Of a stretch of DNA of 64,000 bases, positions 1-11,075 are shown piece after piece (the first letter of the stretch is position 1; the number at the start of each line of letters is the position of its first letter). A model generated the notes under the pieces. It was not told the origin of the DNA. It saw only the letters and a list, made by a program, of their open reading frames with translations, and did no database searches. This stretch comes from Eledone cirrhosa (taxonomy: Eukaryota), in assembly GCA_964016885.1 (NCBI GenBank), contig OZ024742.1:297600001-297664000 (forward strand), in the 5' to 3' direction. The translations under genes and the position numbers were made by a program.

Positions 1-297
1 GGTCTTGTGGGTGAACCTACAGTAACTTCACATTACACTCCCTGGATATATATATATAGAGAGAGAGAGAGTAGGATTATACAAGTTTTACACAAGTAAG
101 ACCATTACTCAGGAGAGTAGTCGATACTTGGGATAGTAGAGTGTAAATATATTAGAGAGTTGTGGCCCAATGGTTGAGCTCTTGCCGTTTTGACAGCAAA
201 TTCCAGACTGTGTATGTGAGTTGGCGTATTAGTGTGGCATCTGTGAGTAGGCATGCTAAAACCTCTGACCTCTCCAACGCCCCGATGGTGACTACCA

Positions 298-440
298 CAT
301 GCACACATGCACACACAGACCCACACACACACACAATCACACACACACACACACAGGCACTCACACACACAATCACATACACACACATACACACACACAC
401 ATGCATGCATGCACACACACACACACACACATTCACTCAC
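298..440. repeat. (CA)n-type compound microsatellite
   Basis: Direct reading; explains the HT/CV-repeat ORFs at 105-502. Confidence 0.95.
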
Positions 441-711
441 AAATAACTGGAGATGACAAAGCAAAAACATACATCCTGTTTCCCTTGACAATTCTTCATT
501 AATCGAAAACTAAACATTTTTCACCACTCCATCATTACAGTATTGTAAACCCATATACACACAATGAAACACAAATATATACACACACACACAACCGATT
601 TCTGAAAATACAAACATATATAAACAATTGATTCTAGAACCTACAATAACAGTAAACATCTTTTTGTTGATCACTTATCCCCTTACTCCAAGTCACTCCA
701 AATTAGGCTAC

Positions 712-790
712 ACCCCTGATGAGACTGTTCTTTCACAGCAGGAAGATATATCTCCAGTCTGGAATTTGCTGTTGAAACTCCAAGTACTCA
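712..790 (+). ncRNA. Degenerate hammerhead-like motif, probably a PLE terminal remnant
   Basis: CTGATGAG at about 716-723 and GAAACTC at about 774-780 with a pairable segment between them; helices I and III are poorly formed. Confidence 0.3.
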
Positions 791-847
791 CTTGTTTGTT
801 CCTGACTCTCTCATATATATATATATATAGGAAAATGTTTAAACATT

Positions 848-925
848 TTCCTATTACCCACTCTACTACCCTAAGTATTGAGTGCGTTGTGGTCCATCTG
901 GTTCCTTACCACACCCCCTTCGTTT
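848..925 (+). mobile_element. Isolated 3' tail fragment of the PLE pLTR family
   Basis: ttcctattacccactctactaccctaagtattgagt...cttcgtt is a diverged reverse complement of 1834-1920 and ends in (TA)n. Confidence 0.8.
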
Positions 926-957
926 TATATATATATATATATATATAAATATGTTAT

Positions 958-1239
958 GTATGTGAGAATGAAGTTTCAATTTAAAATATTTTATTTATTA
1001 TCGATCATGACCTGGGTTTTTGCAGTTGATTAACTCTAAATCCTAATTGATATAATTGACCTGACTCCAGTATTAATCTATTCATCAGATAAAGATTCAA
1101 ATCTACATGTTTGATGACCAGATAGATTCTTGAGTCAGGTCTATTGTATTAATTAAAACCTAAAACCAATCACCTGTGAAACATATCATATTCGATAGAG
1201 AATAAAAATAATTTAAAACAAAACTTCAGTCTCTCATAC
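958..1239. mobile_element. Imperfect palindrome of about 280 bp (MITE-like fold-back element)
   Basis: gtatgtgagaatgaagttt...aaaacttcagtctctcatac at the ends; inner taattgatataattgacctgactc pairs with gagtcaggtctattgtattaatta. Confidence 0.65.
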
Positions 1240-1610
1240 CTAACTTATGCACTCTGTTGACTGACTACAAACATATCATACACTGATACAATGTGAAGAG
1301 CAAAGATTCTATTGTATTCAACCTGTTTAAGTAGTAGCATTGAGTGCTCATATTGGTCCAACAAATATTATAGGCAAATAAACAGCCTATACTCACTCAC
1401 ACAAGGGGGTGCTGAAACGTCTCTGGCTTAAGGGTATCACATAAGGGTAGAGGTATTAATTTTACAGGGAAGGTAGGACCACTACAATGTGTGAATCTGA
1501 GAGGAGAATATGATGAATAAAATCCTAATTAGATGATCCTTATGTATTTTCCATTAACCAAGCCTGGAGATTTGAAGCAACCCTTCATATATATATGTAT
1601 ATATATATAT

Positions 1611-1815
1611 AACGAAGGAAATGTGATAATGAACCAGATGGACCATAACGCACCAAAGTACTCAATACTTAGGGTAGTAGAGTGGGTAATAGGAACGAGT
1701 AAGACCCCGACGACTGAGCTCAAGCTGTTTCGACGGCTAATTCTGGACTCAATTAGTCCAGAATTAGCCATCGAAATGGCTTGAGCTCAGCCGTCGGGGT
1801 CCTACTCGTTCCTAT
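1611..1815 (-). mobile_element. Miniature fold-back copy of the PLE pLTR end
   Basis: 1611-1749 matches the pLTR end at 1836-1974; 1755-1815 is the inverted copy of 1689-1749 around a 5-nt loop (caatt); flanked by (TA)n on both sides. Confidence 0.9.
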
Positions 1816-1833
1816 ATATATATATATATATAT

Positions 1834-2389
1834 ATAACGAAGGAAATGTGGTAAGGAACCATGTGGACCATAACGCACCAAAGTACTCAATACTTGAGGT
1901 AGTAGAGTGGGTAATAGGAACCAGTAAGACCCCGACAGCTGAGCTCAAGCCGTTTCGACGGCTAATTCTGGACTAAATGAAAATTTATTCTGGTATTTAA
2001 ATAGCCGATCTTCTCAAGGGGTAATTCCATATATGGTCAAAGTGATTGTCAAAAATCAGTAGTAATTCTGTGGTTGCAAATTAGTAGGGGAGATGGTGGC
2101 TAAACCTGCCAGTAGGAGAAAGAGGGGAGGGGGTGGAGTAGACCCAATCAAGCGTTGGTAGTGCCAGCTACAGCTGGGCATGAGGTCAAAGAAGATACAG
2201 GGGAGGGGGAGGGGGAGGAAGTCGGAACGGTAGGTAGAACAATGGGGGGTAGAAATATATAGGAAAGAAAATACTGAGAGTGAAGAAAAGCAAATAAGTG
2301 TAAAGAAAAAAGTAAAGTAAATTAAATTCTACGACCGAGGTGTCAGGCTATTGTTAGGCTAGAATAAAATAAAGAAAGAAAGAAAGAAG

Positions 2390-2420
<31 letters not shown>

Positions 2421-2541
2421 CGAAATAAGTAAAAGAACTAGGTGGGACGGATAAGGCAAGGACCCTATTAAGAGGTATAAGTACGTAAATGATACGGTGA
2501 CGGGTCAACAAAAGGGGCCAAAATACTAAAGAGACTACCAC
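1834..2541 (-). repeat. Downstream (3') pseudo-LTR, 708 bp
   Basis: Near-identical to 5381-6088 from ataacgaagg to gagactaccac. Confidence 0.95.
1929..2022 (-). ncRNA. Type I hammerhead ribozyme (U3-A8 core variant), 3' pLTR copy
   Basis: Reverse complement of the fold described at 6601-6694. Confidence 0.8.
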
Positions 2542-3127
2542 GAAATAAACAATAAAGGTTTCCAGCCCGGGCCAGCAACGACCCAGTGCAGCAAAGTGAA
2601 CTTGTACGAGATAATAATTCTGAGACCCGAGAAAAATATATACTAATGCTAACTCCAAAAGATCTAAAACAAGCTACATGAAAGTTCGTACGAAATAAAG
2701 GTAGAATACGGAGAAATAAATTCAGAATCCACCCCGCCCAGAAGAAAAGCGAAGCAAGAAATACTGAAACGAAAAAATAAGGCATAAGTGCCACTAAGAA
2801 ATATAGAGGGCACAGAGAATAGTGGGAGCGGTCGGAAAAAGGGGGCAAGTATCCGGGGTCTAAGCCAACTGCTATAAAGGGCGGAGTCCGCCAAATCTAT
2901 CATAGACTAGGGGAGGGGGTGGTGGGGGTACTAAGGCTACATGGGGCCAAAGGGCAGCCTCGGGTGGGCGAGAAAAGACGCCGACAAAGGAGAAGAGCTG
3001 GGGTAGAAGGACAAAGGAGAGAGGGGGGGAATAAAGGAAGCGATAAAAGAATACAAAGAAGATCTTACGTCTTCCTTGGCAAGCAGGGGTTACCCATTGC
3101 AAAATCGGCAAGTGGGGTGTTATAGCC

Positions 3128-5290
3128 CTAGTCTACCCCCCCCCCCGGGTCATTATGGGGTTTGAGGGCGAGGTAAGTCCTACGCAATCTATGTTTACAT
3201 GCAGTAACCAGTTCATCTTTCTTGTTTAGGAGTTGGTCCGTCGAAAACAGCATTTGTAAAGTTTCCTCCGAGCATAAATTGCACGGACGGCGTCCTCCCG
3301 TGTAAGAATTGGCTCTGGACAGTAATCTCCAAGTGAGATCATAGGTGATGTTGTTGTCCTTGAGGTCCCATATGTGGCCCGAAAGTGTAGTGGCGTGACG
3401 CCGGGCCGGGTTTCGGAAGGTATGTCTATGTTGGTATAGCCGGGTCTTGAAGTCACATGCGGTAAGTCCTATATAGGCTTTGTTGGAGGTATCCGTCCTC
3501 ACGTTGCACTGGTAGGTCACATTACGGTCTCTGCATCTATTGTCGAGTGGGCAAATAGATCTATCCGGGCAGTTACACCTCCTGGTCGGTTCTCCACTGC
3601 TATTTAGGTTATTTCTGCCATCGGGGTTGAGTTTTTTGTTGTTAGAGGAGACGATGTTTTGTGCGAAGTTTGGTGTAGTGCTGTAAGAGAGTTTGATGGT
3701 ATTTTTGTTAATTATGTTGTGGTAGCGGTGTTGTAATGGGAAGTGTTTTTCAATGAGCCTAAAGAATAGTTTCCCGATGGGAGTAGTCACCTCTGCGTTG
3801 TGGGGAGGATTGAACCATGTTACATTGCGTGAGCGGCGGTGTCTCCTGCTGGTTCCGCTAATGGGAGCTGGACAGTAGGATATTTCCTCCCGGAAACCAC
3901 TCCGCTTGAGGGCCTGGTTGTAATAAGGCGCATGTTCATCGAATATCCGCTCATTAGCTGACAAACGGGATATGCGGAGGGAGATGTTTTTGACCAGGTT
4001 GTTTGTGATGTTCCTAGGATGGTTTGATCGGCGGTGGATGTAGTGCAGATTGTCATTAGGTTTCCTGTATGGGTAGTACAGGTCGTTTTCGAGGTCGAGG
4101 GTCACGTCCAGGAAGTTTACTCGGGTCAGGGACGTTTGTAGGGTTATTTTAAATCCCCAGTCGCGGAAGAATCTGATTAATTGTTTCCGGACCCGATCTG
4201 TACTACTGGGGTTGTACCCTTTAAGGGTAAGGAGCCCATCATCACGGTACAATCCACCACCGAATGCAGGAAACATATCAGTGAGTTTGGCTATTAGGAA
4301 TAATCCTATAAGATCAGTGACCTCCGCCGAATCCGTGGCGCCCATGCTGACGTCGAAGGGTGAGTCGGGAGCTCTTTTTATCCATTTAGAGTCGTCAAAG
4401 AGTAAGACTGTCTTCCTGGCGTGGAGGATGATTTTTCTTTCCTGGTCGGTGATGGGCACGAGTGTTTCGGCGAAGTCCAAGGCGGCAGTAAGTAGCGGTA
4501 AGGTGATTGAAGCATAGTAGCTCTCTATGTCGAACTGTATGAATTTAGTTTCTCGTTTATCCTCCATATTGCTGAACCAGGAGATTACTTCCTGGGTGTT
4601 GATCCATAGGCTAAGTCGGGTGTGTTGCTTGACTTTTGGTATCACGCGGTCTAGGATTTTTTTGCTGATTCTCCCTATGTCGGACTTCGTTGGGTTAATA
4701 AGCCTGATAGAGGGTTTACGGTCAAAATCGGATTTATGGTCCTTCAGTGTGAAGTATGGTGTCCGTGGGTCTAGAGGTTCCGTGCGGTCGGCGACCCCGA
4801 GGCTGGAGGTGATTTGTTGTCCATCTCGATTTATGTCCTCGATGCAAGAGTGGTTGGCCTTTTTATAGGTGGAGTTTAGGCTGCTCCTGATCAGTGCGTG
4901 GTATCTGTCAGGGTTGACAAAGTATAGGTTCCCAGTTTTATCCGAATGCACCATGATGTCATTTGTGTTATCATACTCTGTTAAGTTGCTACGGAGTTTT
5001 TGTAGGAATCGGTTGTGTCTGGGTTTAAATTTAATGTTCTTGACCAGTTGGAAGAGGTCATTCTCGAAGGGTGCGAGCAAGGGGTTCAGGGGCGGAGATT
5101 TGTAGGTAATAAATCAGAATCTCTCCTTGGTGCCGAAGTCTTGGTTGTCGCAATATCTGTCATAGAAAAAAGTTCTCCATCTAAGTCTTTTCGCAAATAG
5201 ATCGATTTTTTGCGTGAGCATCCGAAGGTAAAGTTTTTTCGGTGGGATTGGGATGTTCTTGGTAGAGAAGTCAATGTTGTGTTTTCGCAT
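3128..5290 (-). CDS. PLE reverse transcriptase + GIY-YIG endonuclease, 720 codon positions, one in-frame TGA at codon 59 (5114-5116)
   Basis: Motifs STKNIPIP, RLRW, QFDIESYY, SMGATDSAE, GLYRDDG, NFLDVTLDL, YRKPN, VTWFNPP, CNC-x5-CP-x4-C linker, NVTYQC...YIGLT...FKTRLYQH, CNLC. Track ORFs 5114-5437 and 3128-5080 are in the same frame. Confidence 0.93.
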
Positions 5291-5380
5291 GGTGCGGGTG
5301 AAATGAATTGAGCTTAGCGGAAAAGTCTGGATACGGCGTGGTAGGGTCGGAAAGTGCTCTACTACGGGAGTAGGAGCTAG

Positions 5381-6088
5381 ATAACGAAGGAAATGTGGTA
5401 AGGAACCATGTGGACCATAACGCACCAAAGTACTCAATACTTGAGGTAGTAGAGTGGGTAATAGGAACCAGTAAGACCCCGACAGTTGAGCTCAAGCCGT
5501 TTCGACGGCTAATTCTGGACTAAATGAAAATTTATCCTGGTATTTAAATAGCCGATCTTCTCAAGGGGTAATTCCATATATGGTCAAAGTGATTGTCAAA
5601 AATCAGTAGTAATTCTGTGGTTGCAAATTAGTAGGGGAGATGGTGGCTAAACCTGCCAGTAGGAGAAAGAGGGGAGGGGGTGGAGTAGACCCAATCAAGC
5701 GTTGGTAGTGCCAGCTACAGCTGGGCATGAGGTCAAAGAAGATACAGGGGAGGAGGAGGGGGAGGAAGTCGGAACGGTAGGTAGAACAATGGGGGGTAGA
5801 AATATATAGGAAAGAAAATACTGAGAGTGAAGAAAAGCAAATAAGTGTAAAGAAAAAAGTAAAGTAAATTAAATTCTACGACCTAGGTGTCAGGCTATTG
5901 TTAGGCTAGAATAAAATAAAGAAAGAAAGAAAGAAGTAAAGAAATAAATAAATAAATAAATAAATAACGAAATAAGTAAAAGAACTAGGTGGGACGAAAT
6001 AGACAAGGACCCTATTAAGAGGTATAAGTACGTAAATGATACGGTGACGGGTCAACAAAAGGGGCCAAAATACTAAAGAGACTACCAC
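5381..6088 (-). repeat. Upstream (5') direct pseudo-LTR
   Basis: Direct repeat of 1834-2541 with about 10 differences. Confidence 0.95.
5476..5569 (-). ncRNA. Type I hammerhead ribozyme (U3-A8 core variant), 5' pLTR copy upstream of the ORF
   Basis: Same fold; helix III carries a perfect palindrome UUGAGCUCAA in this copy. Confidence 0.8.
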
Positions 6089-6091
6089 TAC

Positions 6092-6709
6092 TGGTAGTCT
6101 CTTTAGTATTTTGGCCCCTTTTGTTGACCCGTCACCGTATCATTTACGTACTTATACCTCTTAATAGGGTCCTTGCCTTATCCGTCCCACCTAGTTCTTT
6201 TACTTATTTCGTTATTTATTTATTTATTTATTTACTTCTTTCTTTCTTTCTTTATTTTATTCTAGCCTAACAATAGCCTGACACCTCGGTCGTAGAATTT
6301 AATTTACTTTACTTTTTTCTTTACACTTATTTGCTTTTCTTCACTCTCAGTATTTTCTTTCCTATCTATTTCTACCCCCCATTGTTCTACCTACCGTTCC
6401 GACTTCCTCCCCCTCCCCCTCCCCTGTATCTTCTTTGACCTCATGCCCAGCTGTAGCTGGCACTACCAACGCTTGATTGGGTCTACTCCACCCCTCCCCT
6501 CTTTCTCCTACTGGCAGGTTTAGCCACCATCTCCCCTACTAATTTGCAACCACAGAATTACTACTGATTTTTGACAATCACTTTGACCATATATGGAATT
6601 ACCCCTTGAGAAGATCGGCTATTTAAATACCAGGATAAATTTTCATTTAGTCCAGAATTAGCCGTCGAAACGGCTTGAGCTCAGCTGTCGGGGTCTTACT
6701 GGTTCCTAT
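6092..6709 (+). repeat. Inverted pseudo-LTR (fold-back arm)
   Basis: gagactacca-ctac-tggtagtctc hairpin junction at 6078-6101; the arm runs to ggttcctat, then (TA)n. Confidence 0.95.
6601..6694 (+). ncRNA. Type I hammerhead ribozyme (U3-A8 core variant), inverted pLTR copy
   Basis: Helix I ACCCC(6601-05)/GGGGU(6690-94); core UUGAGAA(6606-12); helix II GA(U)CGGCUA/UAGCCGUC; GAAAC(6667-71); helix III ACGGCU/AGCUGU; GUC cleavage triplet at 6687-89. Confidence 0.8.
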
Positions 6710-6730
6710 ATATATATATATATATATATC

Positions 6731-6858
6731 AAGCCAGAATCAGTTCCCATATGAGCAAAGCATGGTCAGCCGACTGGCTACTGCCCACAACAGGACAACC
6801 CGTCTAACCCATGCTAGCGTGGAAGAACAGACGTAAAATGGTTATGATGATGATGATG

Positions 6859-6860
<2 letters not shown>
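6731..6860 (+). mobile_element. RTE-type 3' end fragment with (GAT)n tail
   Basis: cccatgctagcgtggaa...gacgtaaaa-(gat)n resembles the RTE 3' end at 18928-18982. Confidence 0.8.
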
Positions 6861-6891
<31 letters not shown>

Positions 6892-8479
6892 AAGTACAGG
6901 ATTGACTGTGTTTTTAAGATGTTCACTTCACATTGTGGTTTGTGTTTCGATTCCCTTGCATGGCAAATTCGGCCAGTGTCATTATCTGTAGCCTTGAGTG
7001 TACCAATAACTTGGGAGTGAATGTTGGTTGATGGTAACTATTTGGAACCCTGCAATGATTATGTGTGTATGTGCGTGTGCATATTTGTTTTAGTATATCT
7101 TCACATTAACACTGTTTAGCTAGCTGATGATATTTATGCTCTGCAGCTCAATGGTTTGAGGAAATGGATTCCTTACTTCAAGTACCATACTTGAAAATAA
7201 ATAGGGGTAGGAATCAGGGAACACATCCAGCTGTAGAATACTGCCACAAAATTCTCATCTAGCATTGCAGCATGAAAAATAGGCAAAAAAGGATAATGGT
7301 GATGAGTAATTATTCATTGAAATGTAAAATGAAATATTTCATGAGATCTGAAGTAACATAAGAAACAATACTTCAAAACCTTCTCTGAATTAGTATGTCA
7401 GGCTTTAATATTTAAATTGTTAACAGGCTTTAATATTTAAATTGTTTGACCCAATAGTTGAATTTCTTCCTAAATTGACTAATTAATGCTTCTGTGGAGT
7501 TTTATTATTCTAAAGCAAAATTCTTACCCACTCAACCATTCCTGTATTCACTACTGGAACAGCTATGTCTACAACAATTGCAATGATAGGTTTTATTCAT
7601 TTTATTTTCCATTTCTTCTTTTATTTTCTGTCAATTGTTAATTCTGTATTTTGTGTTGTCTATTCAGTTATTAACATGTGTAAAGATGTTTAATTTGTCA
7701 ACTTTGTATCAAGTTCTTAACTCTTCATTTCCTATTAAATCTTTGCACTGATCAAAAGTTCAGCAAGAGTATTTGTTTAAGCATAGCATAGTTTTAAATA
7801 TCTGGATAGTTGTAATTAATTATAATTAGAGTCTACATCATCAAAATATTATATACCTGTGAGTTATTAATGTATGATTTGGATAGAGGATAGAAACTCC
7901 ATTATTCAGGTGTGGTGCCAGAAATGTCTGCACAGGCAGGAGTTGTGGATACTCACAAGTCTCACACTGTGGATTGTGTTATGGAATTAAACCCCATTTG
8001 GAGGGAAGATTTGCAGCATGAAGCCTAGGCTGGAAAAATGCTTCTGTGGGTGTTGCAAAACGCAGTTTATTCCTTGAAGAAGTCATTGCAGCATTAGATG
8101 TACTTAGTTATGACTGAATCATATATACTATTGGCAGACTGGCCACCTGACAATATATCCCATTGGCACTGACCACCTGACATGAAAAGGAGTGATTAGA
8201 AAGAATGGTAGCTCTTATCTAAATGTGAATGGAGAGGCCTTATTTTGTTCTAATAATGCGTTCTCAATTATGAACGCTTTTACCAGCACAAAAATATCTA
8301 TAAGTATACGTGACATAAGGGAAATTGGGGACAGAGGTGAGTCAATCATATTTTATTGTTTCTGATTTCTTTGATTCTGTGCTGGGTGTTCATGCTAAAA
8401 GAGTAGCAGAGCTGTAAACTGACTCCCCTCTAGTTACCTACAACCCAAGTCTACTTAAAATAAAGAATACCCACAAAAC

Positions 8480-10100
8480 TGGCAGGTACATCTCCACCAA
8501 CAGGATACAGTGGTAATCACTGGCTCAAGAGGAAGTCAGGATTAGGTATGTGGAAACTATTGCATTCAAATTCAGAGAGCTTCCTAAATAAACTGTGGAA
8601 GTTGAAATGTAATCAGCTACTTCCACTTCAGCTGAAAAATGCTGCAGGCAAATGTGGCTTAGTGTAGTACTGGGTGGCAGGAGAATTCTCTTGTTCAAGT
8701 AGGAAGTTGAAGGTGCCATCTGAGCAAAGAAGGAGGCTTAGAAAACTTGACTTGGAAATAAGTCCTCCCTTTCGTGTTTGCCATAAAGTGGACATAAAAA
8801 TTGCTGATGTTCAAGAGTAAAACATGGGAAGGATTTGGGTTTAAGCTGAAGTACAACTTTAAATTGGGAAATAAAGTATTCTGCCAAACCATCCACAGAC
8901 TTCATAATAATACGCCACCCTCTACACCTTGTATCAGGAACGCATCTGGTGTTCCTCTCTCTGTAGAAAAGTGCATCTTTGAAATCTGGAGAGAATACTT
9001 TGTTGTTCTCCTAAAACTGGTCATAACAACATATTCTAGGAGCAAAACTAACTTCAAGGAGGCTGAGATTGTGCAAGTAATTAAATCATTCAAATGTGGG
9101 GAGAATAAAATTTGACCTGGGATATGAAAAGCCTTAAATAGAGAAGATATTCTCTGGATGACTCATATGAGCTGGGTGGCCTGGACTTCTGGAAAGGCAC
9201 CAAAGCAATGGTAATTAAGAGTGATAAACCCAATTTTCAAAACGAATAAGAATGGGTGCTCTAATTATAGAGGAATCTCCTTGTTAAGCCTCTCCTGTAA
9301 AGTCTATGCTAACTGTCTGGTAAAGGGATGTGGAGATTCTGTCAAGTACAAGCTACGTGATCAACAGTGTGGTTTCTGTTCAAGATATTGCAGAGCTGAC
9401 CAAATATTCATTCTGTGGCATTTCATCAATAATTTGTGAGAGTATTCCCAGGAGGTGTATGCTTCTTTTGTGGACCCCGAAAAGGTGTATGACTGCATAC
9501 CATGTGATATGTTATGAAAGTTTCTGGAGTAACATGGGATCGCAGACTGATTGTTTTTGCCTTGAAGTCCCTATATGAATGCCCTAGTATTTGTGTTCAT
9601 CTAAATAATGCCAAGTATTTAAAAACCTTCAATGTGGATGTCAGAATCAACGAAGGGTGTGCATTTTCACCTCTCTTGTTTATAATCTTCATGAACAGAA
9701 TTGACATTCATAGTCGAGTTGAAACTGAAGTCAAAAGAGGTATAAGATTGATCAAGAAATATTTGGAGATGGCATGGTGCGAATTAATCTATGATATGCA
9801 CTAGATAGGTTTCTACCAGTGTTGCATGATAGGGAAAATCAATGCTGTAAAATCTGAAGAAATTCTGTGCCATGTGTCCTGCATGTGTGAGGAGTTACAC
9901 TAAATCAGGTGGAAAACTTTAGGTATCTTAAGGTCGTTTTGATAAATGATAGAAGATATGAAGCTAAATTGAATGCAGAAATTGCTGCAGCTGGTGCAAT
10001 ATTGCATCAACTTCAGCATTTGATCATTAGAAGATAGTGTATGTGCCAAACTTGCTATCTTAAATTTGGTGTACGGGCCTACCCTTACTTATGATCATTT
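8480..10100 (+). pseudogene. Decayed RTE-clade LINE (RT region)
   Basis: CSNYRGISLLSLSCKVYA, QQCGF, DQIFIL, FSPLLFIIFMNRI, VENFRYL-like segments; many stops and frameshifts. Confidence 0.8.
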
Positions 10101-10367
10101 GGAAGATATTGTATTTGGTATTTATTAGAATTTCATTCTTGAGCATATCTTATCTCTATTCTTCCGTGAAAAACCCTAATTAACCATAATTAAAGTAGGA
10201 GAAATGCTAAGAATATTCTAAAAGCATTTTAGTGGTTAGTGTCTGCAAACCACCAAATCATAAATGAGTCAAAATATTTCTTGCTTTTGAATTTCATTGT
10301 TGGTATTTCAGTGTATTTCATTTAAATATGCCTGGCTGTATTTGTAGCTAAACCTTTGGTTTGTGGA

Positions 10368-10435
10368 ATATAGTTGACTGTATCTGTGGAATATAGTTGG
10401 CTATATCTGTGGAATATAGTTGGCTATATCTGCGG
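10368..10435. repeat. 23-bp tandem repeat x3
   Basis: Unit atatctgtggaatatagttggct. Confidence 0.85.
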
Positions 10436-10907
10436 AAGTCTAAACAAATTTATTGATTATTTGGTTTAGTTTCAATGACTTTCAATGACTTTCATTAAAA
10501 TTTGCCTGAGAGCCCATGATTGTGAAATGAACTTCTTAACTATCCAGCCATACCAGTGCACCCCGCTCCTAGAAATTATAGGTTGTATAATTATGTAAAT
10601 TTTCTAATTCCAGCCATTGAGTGAGAGTGGAAGTTGGAGTGGTACTTATATAGTGTTGAGTTCAACAAGTAAATATCGGATTCTTTTTTATTAGCTTTAA
10701 CTCTCTAGTTCATTAACCAGAAGTTCCAGACCACAAAGACTACTAATTAATTATATATATTAATTGCAATTCTTTTACTACCAATATCATAATCATCATC
10801 ATCTTAGGTTAAACAAATATGTGTGTATGCATATGTTATGAGGTTGTGTTATAAACACACTAAACATGCACTGAATGAAGGGTTCATATACTTTGTGTAG
10901 AGCCAGT

Positions 10908-11045
10908 ATCATCATCACCGTTTTACGTCCATTCTTCCACACTAGCATGGGTTAGACAGGTTGTCCTGTTGTGAGCAGTGTCCAGTCGGCTGACCTTGTC
11001 TTGCTCATACAGGAACTGATTCTGGCTTGGTTTTTACAGCTGGAT
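10908..11045 (-). mobile_element. RTE-type 3' end fragment, same family as 6731-6860
   Basis: Reverse complement aligns with 6731-6860, including aagccagaatcagttcc. Confidence 0.85.
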
Positions 11046-11075
11046 AATATTTATTATTAATATTGACAGTTTACT

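Larger units (their letters stand above)
1834..6709 (-). mobile_element. Near-intact Penelope-like retroelement (Naiad-type), with direct pLTRs and an inverted upstream pLTR
   Basis: RT plus GIY-YIG ORF between direct repeats 1834-2541 and 5381-6088; inverted copy at 6092-6709; (TA)n at both boundaries. Confidence 0.95.

Noticed and set aside
105-502. Cys/Val- and His/Thr-rich ORFs (also 13822, 25130, 33868, 57700, 58700-59860)
   Set aside because: Translations of microsatellites, not proteins.
3820-5200. Plus-strand and alternate-frame ORFs overlapping the PLE ORF (likewise those antisense to the RTE and CR1)
   Set aside because: Shadow ORFs of a long coding sequence; no recognisable motifs.
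1834-6088. LTR retrotransposon interpretation of the 708-bp direct repeats
   Set aside because: No TG...CA ends, gag, protease or integrase; RT plus GIY-YIG identifies a PLE with pseudo-LTRs.
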